Assembly: GCF_963921235.1 (NCBI RefSeq)
Contig: NC_086097.1
Coordinates: 108,068,001-108,132,000, forward strand
Direction: 5' to 3'
Length of the DNA stretch: 64,000 bases
Origin: Mobula hypostoma
Taxonomy: Eukaryota
Part shown: positions 51,667 through 64,000 of the stretch, one piece after another
Position numbering within the stretch: position 1 is the stretch's first letter
Layout: each line of letters opens with the position of its first letter
Notes under the pieces: model-generated
Seen by the model: only the letters and a program-made list of their open reading frames with translations
Databases searched by the model: none
What the model was told of the DNA's origin: nothing
Made by a program: the position numbers and the translations under genes

Positions 51667-52458
51667 AACAACAGGAATTCTGCAGATGCTGGAAATTCAA
51701 GCAACACACATCAAAGTTGCTGGTGAACTTTGCCGGTCAAAGTTGAGGCAACACTTCACCTGTGAGTCGGCTGGGGTGATATACTGCGTCCGGTACTCCC
51801 GATGTGGCCTTCTATATATTGGCGAGACCCGATGCAGACTGGGAGACCGCTTTGCTGAACATCTACGCTCTGTCCGCCAGAGAAAGCAGGATCTCCCAGT
51901 GGCCACACATTTTAATTCCACATCCCATTCCCATTCTGACATGTCTATCCACGGCCTCTTCTACTGTAAAGATGAAGCCACACTCAGGTTGGAGGAACAA
52001 TACCTTATATTCCGTCTGGGTAGCCTCCAACCTGATGGCATGAACATCGACTTCTCTAACTTCCGCTAAGGCCCCACCTCCCCCTCGTACCCCATCTGTT
52101 ACTTATTTTTATACACACATTCTTTCTCTCATTCTCCTTTTTCTCCCTCTGTCCCTCTGACTATACCCCTTGCCCATCCTCTGTTCCCCCTCCCCTTGTC
52201 TTTCTCCCCGGACCTCCTGTCCCATGATCCTCTCATATCCCCTTTGCCAATCACCTGTGCAGCTCTTGGTTCCATCCCTCCCCCTCCTGTCTTCTCCTAT
52301 CATTTTGGATCTCCCCCTCCCCCTCCAACTTTCAAATCTCTTACTAACTCTTCCTTCAGTTAGTCCTGACGAAGGGTCTCGGCCTGAAACGTCGACTGTA
52401 CCTCTTCCTAGAGATGCTGCCTGGCCTGCTGCGTTCACCAGCAACTTTGATGTGTGTT
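51667..52458 (+). mobile_element. Penelope-like element: inverted pLTR piece, GIY-YIG endonuclease domain and pLTR
   Basis: FTCESAGVIYCVRYSRCGLLYIGET..RLGDRFAEH. TSD ACAAGGACGTT at 51656-51666 and 52459-52469. Confidence 0.92.
52362..52397 (+). ncRNA. Minimal type I hammerhead ribozyme (best copy in the window)
   Basis: Stem I AGTC/GACT, CUGACGA box, stem II (A)GGGUC-UC-GGCCU, GAAA box and a GUC cleavage triplet with palindromic ACGU stem III. Confidence 0.8.
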
Positions 52459-53417
52459 ACAAGGACGTTGCCTAGATTGGCAAGCATGCCTTATGAAAAT
52501 AGGTTGAGTGAACCTGGCCTTTTTACCTTGGAGCGATGGAGGATGAGAGGTAACCTGATAGAGGAGTATAAGATAATGAGAGGCATTGATCATGTGGATA
52601 GCCAGAGGCTTTTTCCCAGGGCTGAAATAGCTAACACGAGAGGACACAGTTTTAAGATGCTTGGAAGTAGGTACAGAGCAGGTGTCAGGGGTAAGTTTTT
52701 TACACAGAGTGTTGAATGCGTGGAATGGGCTGCCAGTGATGGTGGTGGAAGTGGATACAATAGGGTCTTTTAAGAGACTCCTGGATAGGTACATGGAGCT
52801 CAGAAAAACGGAGGGCTATGGGTAACCCTAGGTAATTTCTAAAGTAAGTACACGTTTGGCACAGCATTGTGGGCTGAATTGTATTGTGCTGTAGGTTTTC
52901 TATGTCCCATATTTGATAAGTGAAGGTTTTTTTGTTCACTCTTGGCTTCATTGCAGAACCTGCGTGTATTTTTGTCTGTGACGTGTGTCAGAGTTTTGGG
53001 TAATCAGCAGTTCATTGTGTACTTGAATATAGATGAGGCTGCTACTGCCTGAGTATTTCTCTCATCAAAAGACTGTGCATGTGATTAGTTATTGCTAAAA
53101 TCCACCCTGGCACACTTTGCAATATTGTACCTCTTCCAAATCCATTCGATGTTCCTCAGAACGTTACTCTTCCCTGACAGCTCCTATGCCACTTTTTGCC
53201 CAGTGCATCCAACTGTTCTCCTACATGGCCTTTCTTGTTCTCTTACACACAGGACCTCTCCATTCTATGGGGGATCTCCTCTACTGAAACCACCAGTTCC
53301 CCACAAGTGAAGCTGGGTGTGTATCTCCTGTCCTCTCCTCACACTACACATGGCATTGGTTGTTCAAATGTATTGTCATTCAACCATATACATCTATACC
53401 ATCAAATGAAATGTGAA

Positions 53418-53781
53418 TACATCTGATGGTGGGAGGATGCTGTCCAAGTTGCATGCCATCTTGGTCAGTGTCTCCCATCCACTACATAATGTACTGGGTG
53501 GGCACAGGAGTACATTCAGCCAGAGACTCATTCCACCGAGATGCAGCACAGAGCGTCATAGGAAGTCATTCCTGCCTGTGGCCATCAAACTTTACAACTC
53601 CTCCCTTGGAGGGTCAGACACCCTGAGCCAATAGGCTGGTCCTGGACTTATTTCCTGGCATAATTTACATATTACTATTTAATTATGTATGATTTTATTA
53701 CTATTTAATTGTTTATGGTGCAACTGTAAGGAAAACCAGTTTCCCTCGGGATCAATAAAGTATGACTATGACTATGACTAT
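53418..53781 (+). mobile_element. Rex1-type LINE 3' end with (ATGACT)n tail
   Basis: SHPLH...STFSQRLIPPRCSTERHRKSFLPVAIKLYN. A sister copy lies at 62587-62800. Confidence 0.8.
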
Positions 53782-54671
53782 ACCACCAAACAAAACAGTG
53801 TTCCTCTGAACCAAGGTACATGATGGAGAGACCCTTTTGAAGGTTTCAGTCCGAGAGAATAGCTGCATTCCTGTGGATTTCTTTAACTGTATGCGCTGAT
53901 TGCCAAATGAGGTAGTATTTGAACAACACAGTTGTGCAGGTCCACAAGATTCTTGAAAACTGCAATCCTCTTGCAAGTTCTGGAGCATACTAGTGCAAAC
54001 ACCAAAGCTATTTCAGTCATCACACGTTGGCCCAGAAGAATTTTCAAGTCACATTGTTTTGTACAGCTGGCCCTTACTGTTTGTATAAGTTTTCTTTCCC
54101 TATCTGTTGCTAAAATCGTGGAAGTTCTTGTTGCTTTCAATTCTAATGTCTCAGTGTTTTCAACATAGTCAACTGAGTGTGAACTGCTTCTCCCTTTCAG
54201 CTTTTTACTCGGCTGTGGTCACCAGTGCCACATAAAGATGTTTTGATCCATGCCAACACCTTTCACCTTGAGGCATACGGCTTCCTTATAAAGTTAAGGG
54301 TTCTGCAAGTTCTGCTTACCAGATCATTGCTTAAATCCATCAGTACATCTTAAACCTATTTAAGAGTATTTCTAAATGCGATCTAATGATAGGTTTAACA
54401 TATCTCTTGGAATTGAGCACCAATTATACACCATTTTATGTACTGAGGGAGTTCACTATAATTGTATTGGTAGCTGTATATATTTCCCTCCCCACCCTCC
54501 CCCCCCCCCCCCCGCTAATATCAATGAGGCTCTGCAGGAGCTGTACTGCACTATCAGTGACTTTCAAACCAAATGCCCTGATATACCTCAAAATAGTCCT
54601 GGCTAAATTCCACCAGCATGTTAGATTTGCCTCCAGAAATGAAAATATACTCGACCTGGTTTATGCTAACA

Positions 54672-54796
54672 TGTTGTTCGTCCATCGTTGACGTCGATGA
54701 GGACCTCGACACCATAATGATGGTGTCGAGACTAGCGCGTGATTTGGATTTAAGTGAGGGAGAGTTGCGCAGCGTCAGCCTCACTCTCTCTTCCCA
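54672..54796 (-). mobile_element. Short CpG-rich RTE-type 3' end
   Basis: Perfect 11-bp hairpin CTCGACACCAT-aatg-ATGGTGTCGAG, and a short (CAA)-like tail on the minus strand. Confidence 0.5.
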
Positions 54797-55533
54797 TACA
54801 TACTAGGTGCATAGAAATCAGTTCCTTGACTCCTCTTTGGGCTCTCAGATCATTTATCTATTATGCTAATTCCAGCATACACCGATCAGACAGGCCAAAC
54901 CAGCTCTCATAGTGCCTCCTGAAGAAGGGTGTCTGCCCAAAACAACATCAACTGTTTACTCTTTTCCATAGATGCTGCCTGACCTGCTGAGTTCCTCCAG
55001 CATTTTGTGTATGTTGCTTTAGATCTCCAGCATCTGTAGATTTTCTCATGTTTGCAGCTCCGAAGGTGGTGTAAACCAAGCCTGAAGGCAATCTGCACTG
55101 TAGGACTGCTTTGAAAGCACGAACTGGAGAACGTTCAGGGAGACACATTAACCGAGGAATATGTGGATTCTGTGACTGGCTACAGAGAGAAGTGTACTGA
55201 GGATGTCACCACATGAAACTCCTCCATGTGGGGGCAAATCAGAAGTCATGGCTTACTGCAGAGATCCGTGTACAGCTGAGGTACCGTGATGCTGTCTTTA
55301 GATTGGGGGATGTGAAAGCTCTCAGGGAAGCAAGGACAGGAAGGCAAAATTGGAACACTGTCAGAGAATATACAGCCACTTCTGTGATACAAAAGACACT
55401 AGGTGCACGTGGCAGGGAATTCAGAGGATTCCAGACTACAAGTCTACCCTGTGCGACAGTGACCAGGATGCTTCACTCTCTGAGAGGCTAAATGCCTTTC
55501 ACTCTGTTTGATGCACAGAACAAAGTACTGGTG

Positions 55534-56207
55534 GAGAGATATTTTTAATATTATTTCTAAGGTATTAAATATAGATATCTCTCCTCACCCTATTACTGCT
55601 ATCTTTGGACTACCTAAAATTTCTAGTAATCTTTCCCCTTCAGCCCGTAGAATGATTGCATTTCTTACTTTAATGGCGAAAAGATGTATTTTACAACATT
55701 GGAAAGAGCTTAATGCTCCAACTACCTTTTTTTGGTTCTCTCAGACGATATTATGTTTGAATCTGGAGAAAATTAGAAGTAACCTTTATGATTCTTCATT
55801 TAAATTTGAACAGATTTGGGGACCTTTTATTCGATATTTTCATTTAATGTAATATATACCCTTCTTGTTTTTTCTCACTGTTTTTAATGGAGGTTGGGAT
55901 TGAGGACGTGATTTTAAGTTTAACTCTGTTTGGTTTCAAGTTAGCCCATTGCTTTGCTTTGCTTTTAGTTAGTTGCACGGTGGGTTTTTTTGGGGTTTTT
56001 TTTTTTCTTTTTTTCTATTGATATATATATAAAATTTAGTATACTATTATGTTAGCTTGGTTTCTTATGTTTAAATTACATTGTTTGTAGTATTTTTTTT
56101 GGTATTGATACCTTCTGGAATTTTATTATACTTTAACATTGTATTAATGTTTATATGGCTTACCTTTTTGTATACTTATTCAATAAAAAGATTTAAAAAG
56201 AAAAGAA
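55534..56207 (+). mobile_element. 5'-truncated L1, near-identical to 15388-16066
   Basis: Same C-terminal peptide RDIFNIISKVLN...RYFHLM. TSD AGAACAAAGTACTGGTG at 55517-55533 and 56208-56224. Confidence 0.93.
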
Positions 56208-57374
56208 AGAACAAAGTACTGGTGAGGAAGGCACCGTTTCCCCCCAGAGGAGCAGACACTGCTTCTGGCTGAAGTGGAGGTGAGGTCAACCCACCCAAAG
56301 CTTCAGGGCCTGATGATATACCAGGACGGGTTCTGAAAGACTACACAGTCCAGCTACCTGAGGTGCTGATGGATGTATTCAACATCTCTCTGGAACAGTC
56401 CATTAGCCCCTCGGTTTTCAAGGCGGCAACCATCATTCTAGTGTCAAAGAAGGCAACAGTAATCTGCATAAATGACTATCACCTGGTAGCACTAACATCA
56501 ACCATTATGAAATGCATTGAGCAAGCGCTGGTCATGGAGCACATGAAAGACTTTCTCTCAGCTACATTAGACCCTTTCCAGTTTGCTTATCATTTGAATC
56601 GATCCATTGACGACGCCGTCGCCTCTGCCCTCCACCCTGTCCTGTCCCACCTGGACAATGGGGCCTCATAATCCAGGCTACTGTTTTTAGACTTCAGTTC
56701 AGAGTTTAACATCAACTCAGAAACTGGTGGGGAAACTTTCCTTGCTGGATCTTAATGCTTCCCTCTGTAACTGGATCTTGGAGTTCTTAACTGAAAGACC
56801 ATAGTCAGTCCGTGTGGGCAGCAATGTCTCTAGTCCCGTTACCCTGGGTACATGACTGCATCGTAGGATTCAGATCAAACCATGTCATCAAGTTTGCAGA
56901 TGACACAGCAGTGGTTGGCCTTCTCAAGAATGATGACAAGATGGAGTACAGAGAGGAAGTGGAGCAGTTGGTGGATTGGTGTGATAAGAACAACCTAAGC
57001 CTGAACATGAAGAAGACCAAGGAAATGATTGTGACTTCAGGAAGGGGCAGATGAACCATCCCCTCTGCGCATATATGGCTTCTTCATAGCGAGAGTTAAG
57101 TGCACCAAGTTCCTGAATGTTCATGTCATGGATAACCTCACCTGGTCCCTCAATATCACCTCCCTGAATAAGAAGACACAGTGGTGCCTCCACTTCCTGA
57201 AGAGACTGAGGGAAGCGAGGCTTCCCCATCTTAACTGACTTTTACAGGAACACCATTCTGCTCACGTATGACTGCATATCCAAACACCCGAGTAACCACA
57301 TTTGTCAGCCTCACTGATGACACTACAGTGGTGGTGCTCATCACCAAGATGATGTGATAGTCCACAGAGAGCTT

Positions 57375-57843
57375 GAGGTTACCATATGAGAAACGTCTGG
57401 CAGCTCTTGGGCTATATTCCCTGGAGTTCAGGAGAATGGGGGGGGGGGGCGGATCTCATAGAAATATTCTGAATGTTAAAAGGCCTGAACAGATTAGATA
57501 TGGCAAAGGTATTTCCCATGGTAGGGGAGTCTAGGATGAGAGGGTACAACTGCAGGATTGAAGGATGTCTATTTAGAACAGATGCAGAGAAATTATTTTA
57601 GTCAGAGGGTGGTAAATCTGTGGAATTTGTTGCTATGAGTGGGTGTGGAGGCCAAGTCATTGGGTGTATTTAAGGCAGAGATAGATAGGTTCTTGATTAG
57701 CCAGGGCATCAAAGGGTATGGGGAGAAGGCAGGGGAGTGGGAATGACTGTAAGAATTGCATCAATCCATGATTGAATTGTGGAGTAGACTTGATGGGCCA
57801 AATGGCCAACTTTTGCTCCTGTATCTTATGGTCTTATGGTCTT
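57375..57843 (+). mobile_element. CR1 3' fragment
   Basis: YEKRLAALGLYSLEFRRM, with a (tcttatgg)n tail. Confidence 0.8.
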
Positions 57844-58274
57844 CAGTGCCAGACAACTTCTTCCTCAAAGTCAATAAGAAAGTCCGGGGAACTCTCACCA
57901 CTCACACCCTGTATGCATCGGTGACACAGCAGTGGAAACTGCAAGCAGTTTCAAACTCCTGGGAGTGCACATCACACACAACCTCTCATGGTCCTAGAAC
58001 ACATCCTCCACAGTCAAAAAAGCTCACCAATGCCTCTGCTTTGTAAGAAGGCTGAAGAGAGCTGGACTATACACAGTATCTGTCTGCAACCATCGGACAA
58101 AACTCCTTCACAGGGCCACTGTGATTCATCTTGTCTCTGAACTGTGCAGCAAAAATGGGAGCTTTGCGGGCAGTCCCCAGATTAAACTAGGGTTCTGTTC
58201 CTGAGCATGGTTTAGACCTGAATTGTTTGTGTCAGAAATGAACAAAACTCTATTGTGGAGAATCTCAGAAATAG

Positions 58275-58940
58275 TTAAAAGTTCAACGTAAGTTTATTAT
58301 CAAAGTACATTTATGTCACTATATCTTACCCTAAGTCTGATTTTCTTACAGGCATTCACGGTAGAACAAAGAAATATAATAGAATCAATGAAAAACTACC
58401 CACAAAGACTGACAAACAATGATGTGCAAATAGTAAACTGTAAATACAAAAATGAAACCAATAATAATAAATAAAAAATACTGAGAACATGAGTTGTGGA
58501 GTCCTTGAAAGTGAGTCCATAGGTTATCAAATCAGTTCAGTGAGGTGAGTGAAGTTATCCACACTGGTTCAGGAGCCTGATGGTTGTAGGGTAATAACTG
58601 TTTCTGAACCTTGTGATGTGGAGACGTAAGCTCCTGTACACCTCTGATGGAAACAGTGGGAAGAGAGCATGGCCTGGGTGGTGTGGGTCCTTTATGATGG
58701 ATGCTGCCTTCCTGTGGCAGCGCTCCTTATTGATGTCTTAATGGCAGGGAGGGCTTTGCCTGTGATGGACTGGGCTGAGTCTGCCACTTTTGTAGGCTCT
58801 TCCATTCTTCAGCATTAGTGTTTACGTGGCAGGCCGTGATGCAACCAGTCACTATACTCTCCATTGTGCATCGATAGAAGTTTGTCAAAGTTTTAGTTGA
58901 CATTCCAAATCACACAAACTTCTAAGGAAGCAGAGGTACT
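58275..58940 (-). mobile_element. Rex1 3' fragment
   Basis: Antisense FYRCTMESIVTGCITA and IIKDPHHPGHALF remnants. Confidence 0.7.
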
Positions 58941-59175
58941 TGAACATTTGAGCTGCCAGAGATGGTTGCAACAGCAGAGCAAGCAGACACGGAAGAGCAG
59001 CTGCCAGCTGGCTTCATTTGCTCAGTAAATAAGTGAGTGTGTTCAGTGTTTCCAGATCTGCTTGGCTCGGCCCAGCACCTGAATGTTGTGCATTGTGGGG
59101 TGGGGGAGAAGGGAGAGAACGTGTGCTCAAATGCCTACATGCCTGCAGTTCTGCAGCAGCAATCTAGATCCATCT

Positions 59176-59700
59176 CACCAGTCTACCAAATGCTCACCTG
59201 TATGCAGAGAGTCCCACCAGTCTACCAAATTCTCACCTGTAAGCAGAGTCCCACCAGTCTACCAAATCCTCACCTGTATGCAGAGAGTCCCACCAGTCTA
59301 CCAAATTCTCACCTGTAAGCAGAGTCCCACCAGTCTACCAAATGCTCACCTGTATGCAGAGAGTCCCACCAGTCTACCAAATCCTCACCTGTATGCATAG
59401 AGTCCCACCAGTCTACCAAATCCTCACCTGAATGCAGACAGTCCCACCAGTCTACCAAATCCTCACCTGTAAGCAGAGTCCCACCAGTCTACCAAATGCT
59501 CACCTTTATGCATAGAGTCCCACCAGTCTACCAAATCCTCACCTGAATGCAGACAGTCCCACCAGTCTACCAAATCCTCACCTGTATGCAGAGTGCCCAC
59601 CAGTCTACCAAATCCTCACCTGAATGCAGACAGTCCCACCAGTCTACCAAATCCTCACCTGTATGCATAGAGTCCCACCAGTCTACCAAATCCTCACCAG
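59176..59700. repeat. 37/39-bp minisatellite, ~14 highly similar units
   Basis: Unit caccagtctaccaaat(c/g/t)ctcacctgtatgcagagagtcc, plus a 37-bp variant. Confidence 0.93.
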
Positions 59701-59705
59701 AATTT

Positions 59706-62700
59706 ATAGAACATAGAACATAGAATAGCACAGCACATTACATTACACGCCCTTCGGCCCACAATGTTGTGCTGACCCTCAAACACTGCCTCCCATATAA
59801 CCCTCCACCTTAAATTCCTCCATATACCTGTCTAGTAGTCTCTTAAATTTCACTAGTGTATCTGCCTCCACCACTGACTCAGGCAGTGCATACCACACAC
59901 CAACCACTTTCTGAGTAAAAAACCTTCCTCTAATATCCCCCTTGAACTTTCCACCCCTTACCTTAAAGCCATGTCCTCTTGTATTGAGCAGTGATGCCCT
60001 GGGAAAGAGGCGGTAGCTATCCACTCTAACTATTCCTCTTAATATTTTGTATACCTCTATCATGTCTCCTCTCATTTTCCTTCTCTCCAAAGAGTAAAGC
60101 CCTAGCTCCCTTAATCTCTGATCATAATGCATACTCTCTAAACCAGGCAGCATCTTGGTAAATCTCCTCTGTACCCTTTCCAATGCTTCCATATCCTTCC
60201 TATAGTGAGGTGACCAGAAATGGACACAGTACTCCAAGTGTGGCCTAACCAGAGTTTTATAGAGCTGCATCATTACATCGCGACTCTTAAACTCTATCCC
60301 TCAACTTATGAAAGCTAACACCCCATAAGCTTTCTTAACTACCCTATCTACCTGTGAGGCAACTTTGAGGGATCTGTGGACACGTACCCCCAGATCCCTC
60401 TGCTCCTCCACACTACCAAGTATCCTGCCATTTACTTTGTACTCTGCCTTGGAGTTTGTCCTTCCAAAGTGTACCACCTCACACTTCTCCGGGTTGAACT
60501 CCATCTGCCACTTCTCAGCCCACTTCTGCATCCTATCAATGTCTCTCTGCAATCTCCGACAATCCTCTACACTATCTACAACACCACCAACCTTTGTGTC
60601 GTCTGCAAACTTGACAAACCACCCTTCTACCCCCACATCCAGGTCATTAATAAAAATCACAAAAAGTAGAGGTCCCAAAACAGATCCTTGTGGAACACCA
60701 CTCGTCACAATCCTCCAATCTGAAAGTACTTCCTCCACCACCACCCTCTGCCTTCTGCAGGCAAGCCAATTCTGAATCCACCTGGCCAAACTTCCCTGGA
60801 TCCCATGCCTTCTGACTTTCTGAATAAGCTTACCGTGTGGAACCTTGTCAAATGCCTTACTAAAATCCATATAGATCACATCCACAGCACTACCCTCATC
60901 TATATGCCTGGTCACCTCCTCAAAGAACTCTATCAGGCTTGTTAGACACAATCTGCCCTTCAGAAACCCATGCTGACTGTCCCTGATCAGACCATGATTC
61001 TCTAAATGCCCATAGATCCTATCTCTAAGAATCTTTTCCAACAGCTTTCCCACCACAGACATAAAGCTCACTGGTCTATAATTACCCGGAATATCCCTAC
61101 TACCTTTTCTGAACAAGGGGACAACATTCGTCTCCCTCCAATCCTCCAGTACCATTCCCGTGGACAACGAGGACATAAAGGTCCTAGCCAGAGGCTCAGC
61201 AATCTCTTCCCTCGCCTCGTGGAGCAGCCTGGGGAATATTCCGTCAGGCCCCGGGGACTTATCCATCCTAATGTATTTTAACAACTCCAACACCTTCTCT
61301 CTCTTAATATCAACATGCTCCAGAACATCAACCTCACTCATATTGTCCTCACCATCATCAAGTTCCCTCTCATTGGTGAATACCGAAGAGAAGTATTCAT
61401 TGAGGACCTCGCTCACTTCCACAGCCTCCAGGCACATCTTCCCACCTTTATCTCTAATCGGTCCTACCTTCACTCCTGTCATCCTTTTTTTTTCTTCACA
61501 TAATTGAAGAATGCCTTGGGGTTTTCCTTTACCCTACTCGCCAAGGCCTTCTCATGCCCCCTTCTTGCTCTTCTCATCCCCTTCTTAAGCTCCTTTCTTG
61601 CTTCCCTATATTGCTCAATGGACCCTTCTGATCCTTGCTTTCTAAACCTCATGTATGCTGCCTTCTTCCACCTGACTAGATTTTCCACCTCACTTGTCAC
61701 CCATGGTTCCTTCACCCTACCATTCTTTATCTTCCTCACCGGGACAAATTTATCCCTAACGTCCTGCAAGAGATCTCTAAACATCTACCACATGTTCATA
61801 GTACACTTCCCTGCAAAAACATCATCCCAATTCACACCCACAAGTTCTAGCCTTATAGCCTCATAATTTGCCCTTCCCCAATTAAAAATTTTCCTGTCCT
61901 CTCTGATTCTATCCTTTTCCATGACAATGCTACAGGCTAGGGAGTAGTGGTCACTGTCCCCCAGATGCTCACCCACTGAGAGATCTGTGACCTGACCCGG
62001 TTCATTACCTTGTACTTGATCTAGTATGGCATTCCCCCTGGTCGGCCTGTCCACATACTGTGACAGGAATCTGTCCTGGACACACTTAATAAACTCTGCC
62101 CCATCGAAACCCTTGGAACTAATCAGGTGCCAATCAATATTAGGGAAGTTAAAGTCACCCATGATAACAGCCCTGTTATTTTTGCACCTTTCCAAAATCT
62201 GCCTCCCAATTTGCTCCTCTGTATCTCTGCTGCTACCAGGGGGCCTATAGAATACTTCCAATAGAGTAACTGCTCCCTTCCTGTTCCTGACTTCCACCCA
62301 TACTGACTCAAAAAAGGATCCTGCTACATTACCCACCCTTTCTGTAGCTGTAATAGTATCCCTGACCAGTAATGCCACCCCTGCTCCCCTTTTTCCACCC
62401 TCTCTATCCCTTTTAAAGCACTGAAATCCAGGAATATTGAGAATCCATTCCTGCCCTGGTGCCAACCAAGTCTCTGAAATGGCCACCACATCATAATTGC
62501 ATGTATGTATCCAAGCCCTCAGTTCATCATCATTGTTCCTGATGCTTCTTGCATTGAGGTACACACACATCAGCCCTTCTACCTTATAGTCATAGTCATA
62601 GTCATACTTTATTGATCCCGGGGGAAATTGTTTTTTGTTACAATTGCACCATAAATAACAAATAGTAATAAAACCATAAATAGTTAAATAGTAATATGTA

Positions 62701-63245
62701 AATTATGCCAGTAAATTATGAAATAAGTCCAGGACCAGCCTATTGGCTCAGTGTGTCTGACCCTCCAAGGGAGGAGTTGTAAAGTTTGATGGCCACAGGC
62801 CACCTTACTAGCTTTACACCGTTTATTCTGCTTCTCTTTCCTCAAAGCCTCTCTATATGTTTGATCTGGCTTTACTCCATGCACTTCTTTCACTGCTCTG
62901 TCACTCCGGGTCCCATCCCCCTTACAAATTAGTTTAAACCCTCCCAAACCATGCTAGCAAATCTACCTGCAAGGATATTGCTCCCCCTCGAGTTCAGGTG
63001 CAACCCATCCAATCTGTACAGGTCCCACCTTCGCTAGAATGATCCAAAAATCTAAAACCCTGCCCCCTGCACCAACTCCTCAGCCATACATTCAACTGCC
63101 ATCTCCTCCAATTCTTACCATCTCACTGTCACGTAGCACTGGCAGCAATCCTGAGAACGCCACCCTTGAGGTCCTGTTCTTCAGACTTCTGCCTAGTTCC
63201 CAAAACTCACACTTCAGGACCTCATCCATCTTCCTGCCTATGTCC
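59706..63245 (-). mobile_element. Near-complete CR1 LINE: ORF1 esterase end, ORF2 endonuclease and RT, 3' UTR; few disablements
   Basis: ORFs 61785-62570 (APE), 61479-61784, 60301-61482 (RT) and 59779-60273, with an (ttctatg)n tail. Confidence 0.95.
62587..62800 (-). mobile_element. Rex1-type 3' end nested in CR1
   Basis: Reverse complement of 53570-53781. Apparent TSD ACCTTA at 62581-62586 and 62802-62807. Confidence 0.8.
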
Positions 63246-63449
63246 CTCATCCCTCTTCCTGCCTTTGCCTGGTAGGTAAGAAATTCCATGTTTTTCATTT
63301 ATAAGAATTATAATTAGTTAATTAATGCCCCTTGCCCATTTATTTGAGGACAGATGAAATCTGTGACTATTAGTTCAAATCCATTCATTCCACAGATAAG
63401 TCGACATTTTTTTATCATTCCTGTCGTACAAGACACTGGCGAAGTTCAG

Positions 63450-63965
63450 CTGGTGAAGTTTATGTATTAAGTTCAGCTTTGGTCATTCTACTATAAGAAA
63501 TATATTATTAAACTAGAAAAAATGCTAAAAGAATTCCAGACTCAAGATTGAGTTACAGAGAGAAGTTGGGCAGGCTAGGATTTTTTCTCCCCCTTTGGTG
63601 CATAGGGAACTTGGAGATGATCTTGTGGATGTGTACAATATCATGAGTCTTTTTCCCATGGTTGTGGAATCAAGAACTAGAGGTCATAGGTTTAAGGTGA
63701 GAGGGGAATGATCTAATAAACTCTTGAGTGGCAACCTTTCTACACAGAGGATGGTTTGTATATGGACTGAGCTGCCAGAGCAAGTGGTTGATTCAGGTAT
63801 ACGTAATAACTTTAAGAGGACAGCTGCAGAGTACTTGGATAGCTAAGGTTTAGTAGGATATTGGCCACTGCAGGCAAATGGAACCCGCTTGAATGGTAAT
63901 CCTGGCCTACGTGGACCAGATGTGCCAAAGGGACTGTTTCCATATTGTGTGACTTTGACTCTGAC
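63450..63965 (+). mobile_element. Old CR1 3' fragment
   Basis: ESRTRGHRFKVRG and FYTE..V.IW.ELP remnants, with a tgactttgactctga tail. Confidence 0.7.
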
Positions 63966-64000
63966 CTGCCACAGTGCAATGTCTCACACTTGTTCTGCCA

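Larger units (their letters stand above)
49830..52905 (+). mobile_element. CR1 LINE ORF2 (RT) plus 3' UTR
   Basis: NYRPVSLTS, SQHGF..GRSCLTSL, MDFSKAFDK, SGVPQ.SVLGP, KFADDTK and RPHLEYC motifs. Confidence 0.92.
54400..57260 (+). mobile_element. Decayed Rex1/Babar LINE with nested insertions
   Basis: VYI.P..NINEAL.ELY, NDYHLVALTSTIMKC, LDPFQFAY and IKFADDTAVVGLL motifs. Confidence 0.8.

Noticed and set aside
60365..61866. Plus-strand ORFs of 90-136 aa
   Set aside because: They are antisense shadows of CR1 ORF2.

Overview
This is a repeat-dense window of vertebrate nuclear DNA. The mix of CR1, Rex1/Babar, Penelope, RTE, L1, Tc1 and Gypsy families suggests a cartilaginous fish, probably a ray or skate (inference). 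No intact host protein-coding gene can be supported. Bases 1-2600 are repeat-free and may hold a terminal exon plus 3' UTR; the rest is largely nested, decayed transposable elements and two minisatellites. The standout feature is a complete 4.24-kb minus-strand Gypsy LTR element at 3051-7287, with two ~707-bp LTRs, a CTGT target-site duplication (TSD), a tRNA-Pro-like primer-binding site (PBS) and a polypurine tract (PPT). Its integrase region is replaced by ~750 bp of intronless sarcomeric myosin heavy-chain rod sequence (most like MYH16), fused in frame to RT/RNase H remnants, which points to host-mRNA capture by an LTR retrotransposon. Also notable are a young L1 with a twin-priming 5' inversion and a near-identical sister fragment, Penelope pseudo-LTRs (pLTRs) carrying minimal hammerhead ribozymes (some as inverted fold-back insertions), and a 45-bp templated copy inside a solo LTR. 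All family assignments come from motif recognition by eye; no database searches were run.
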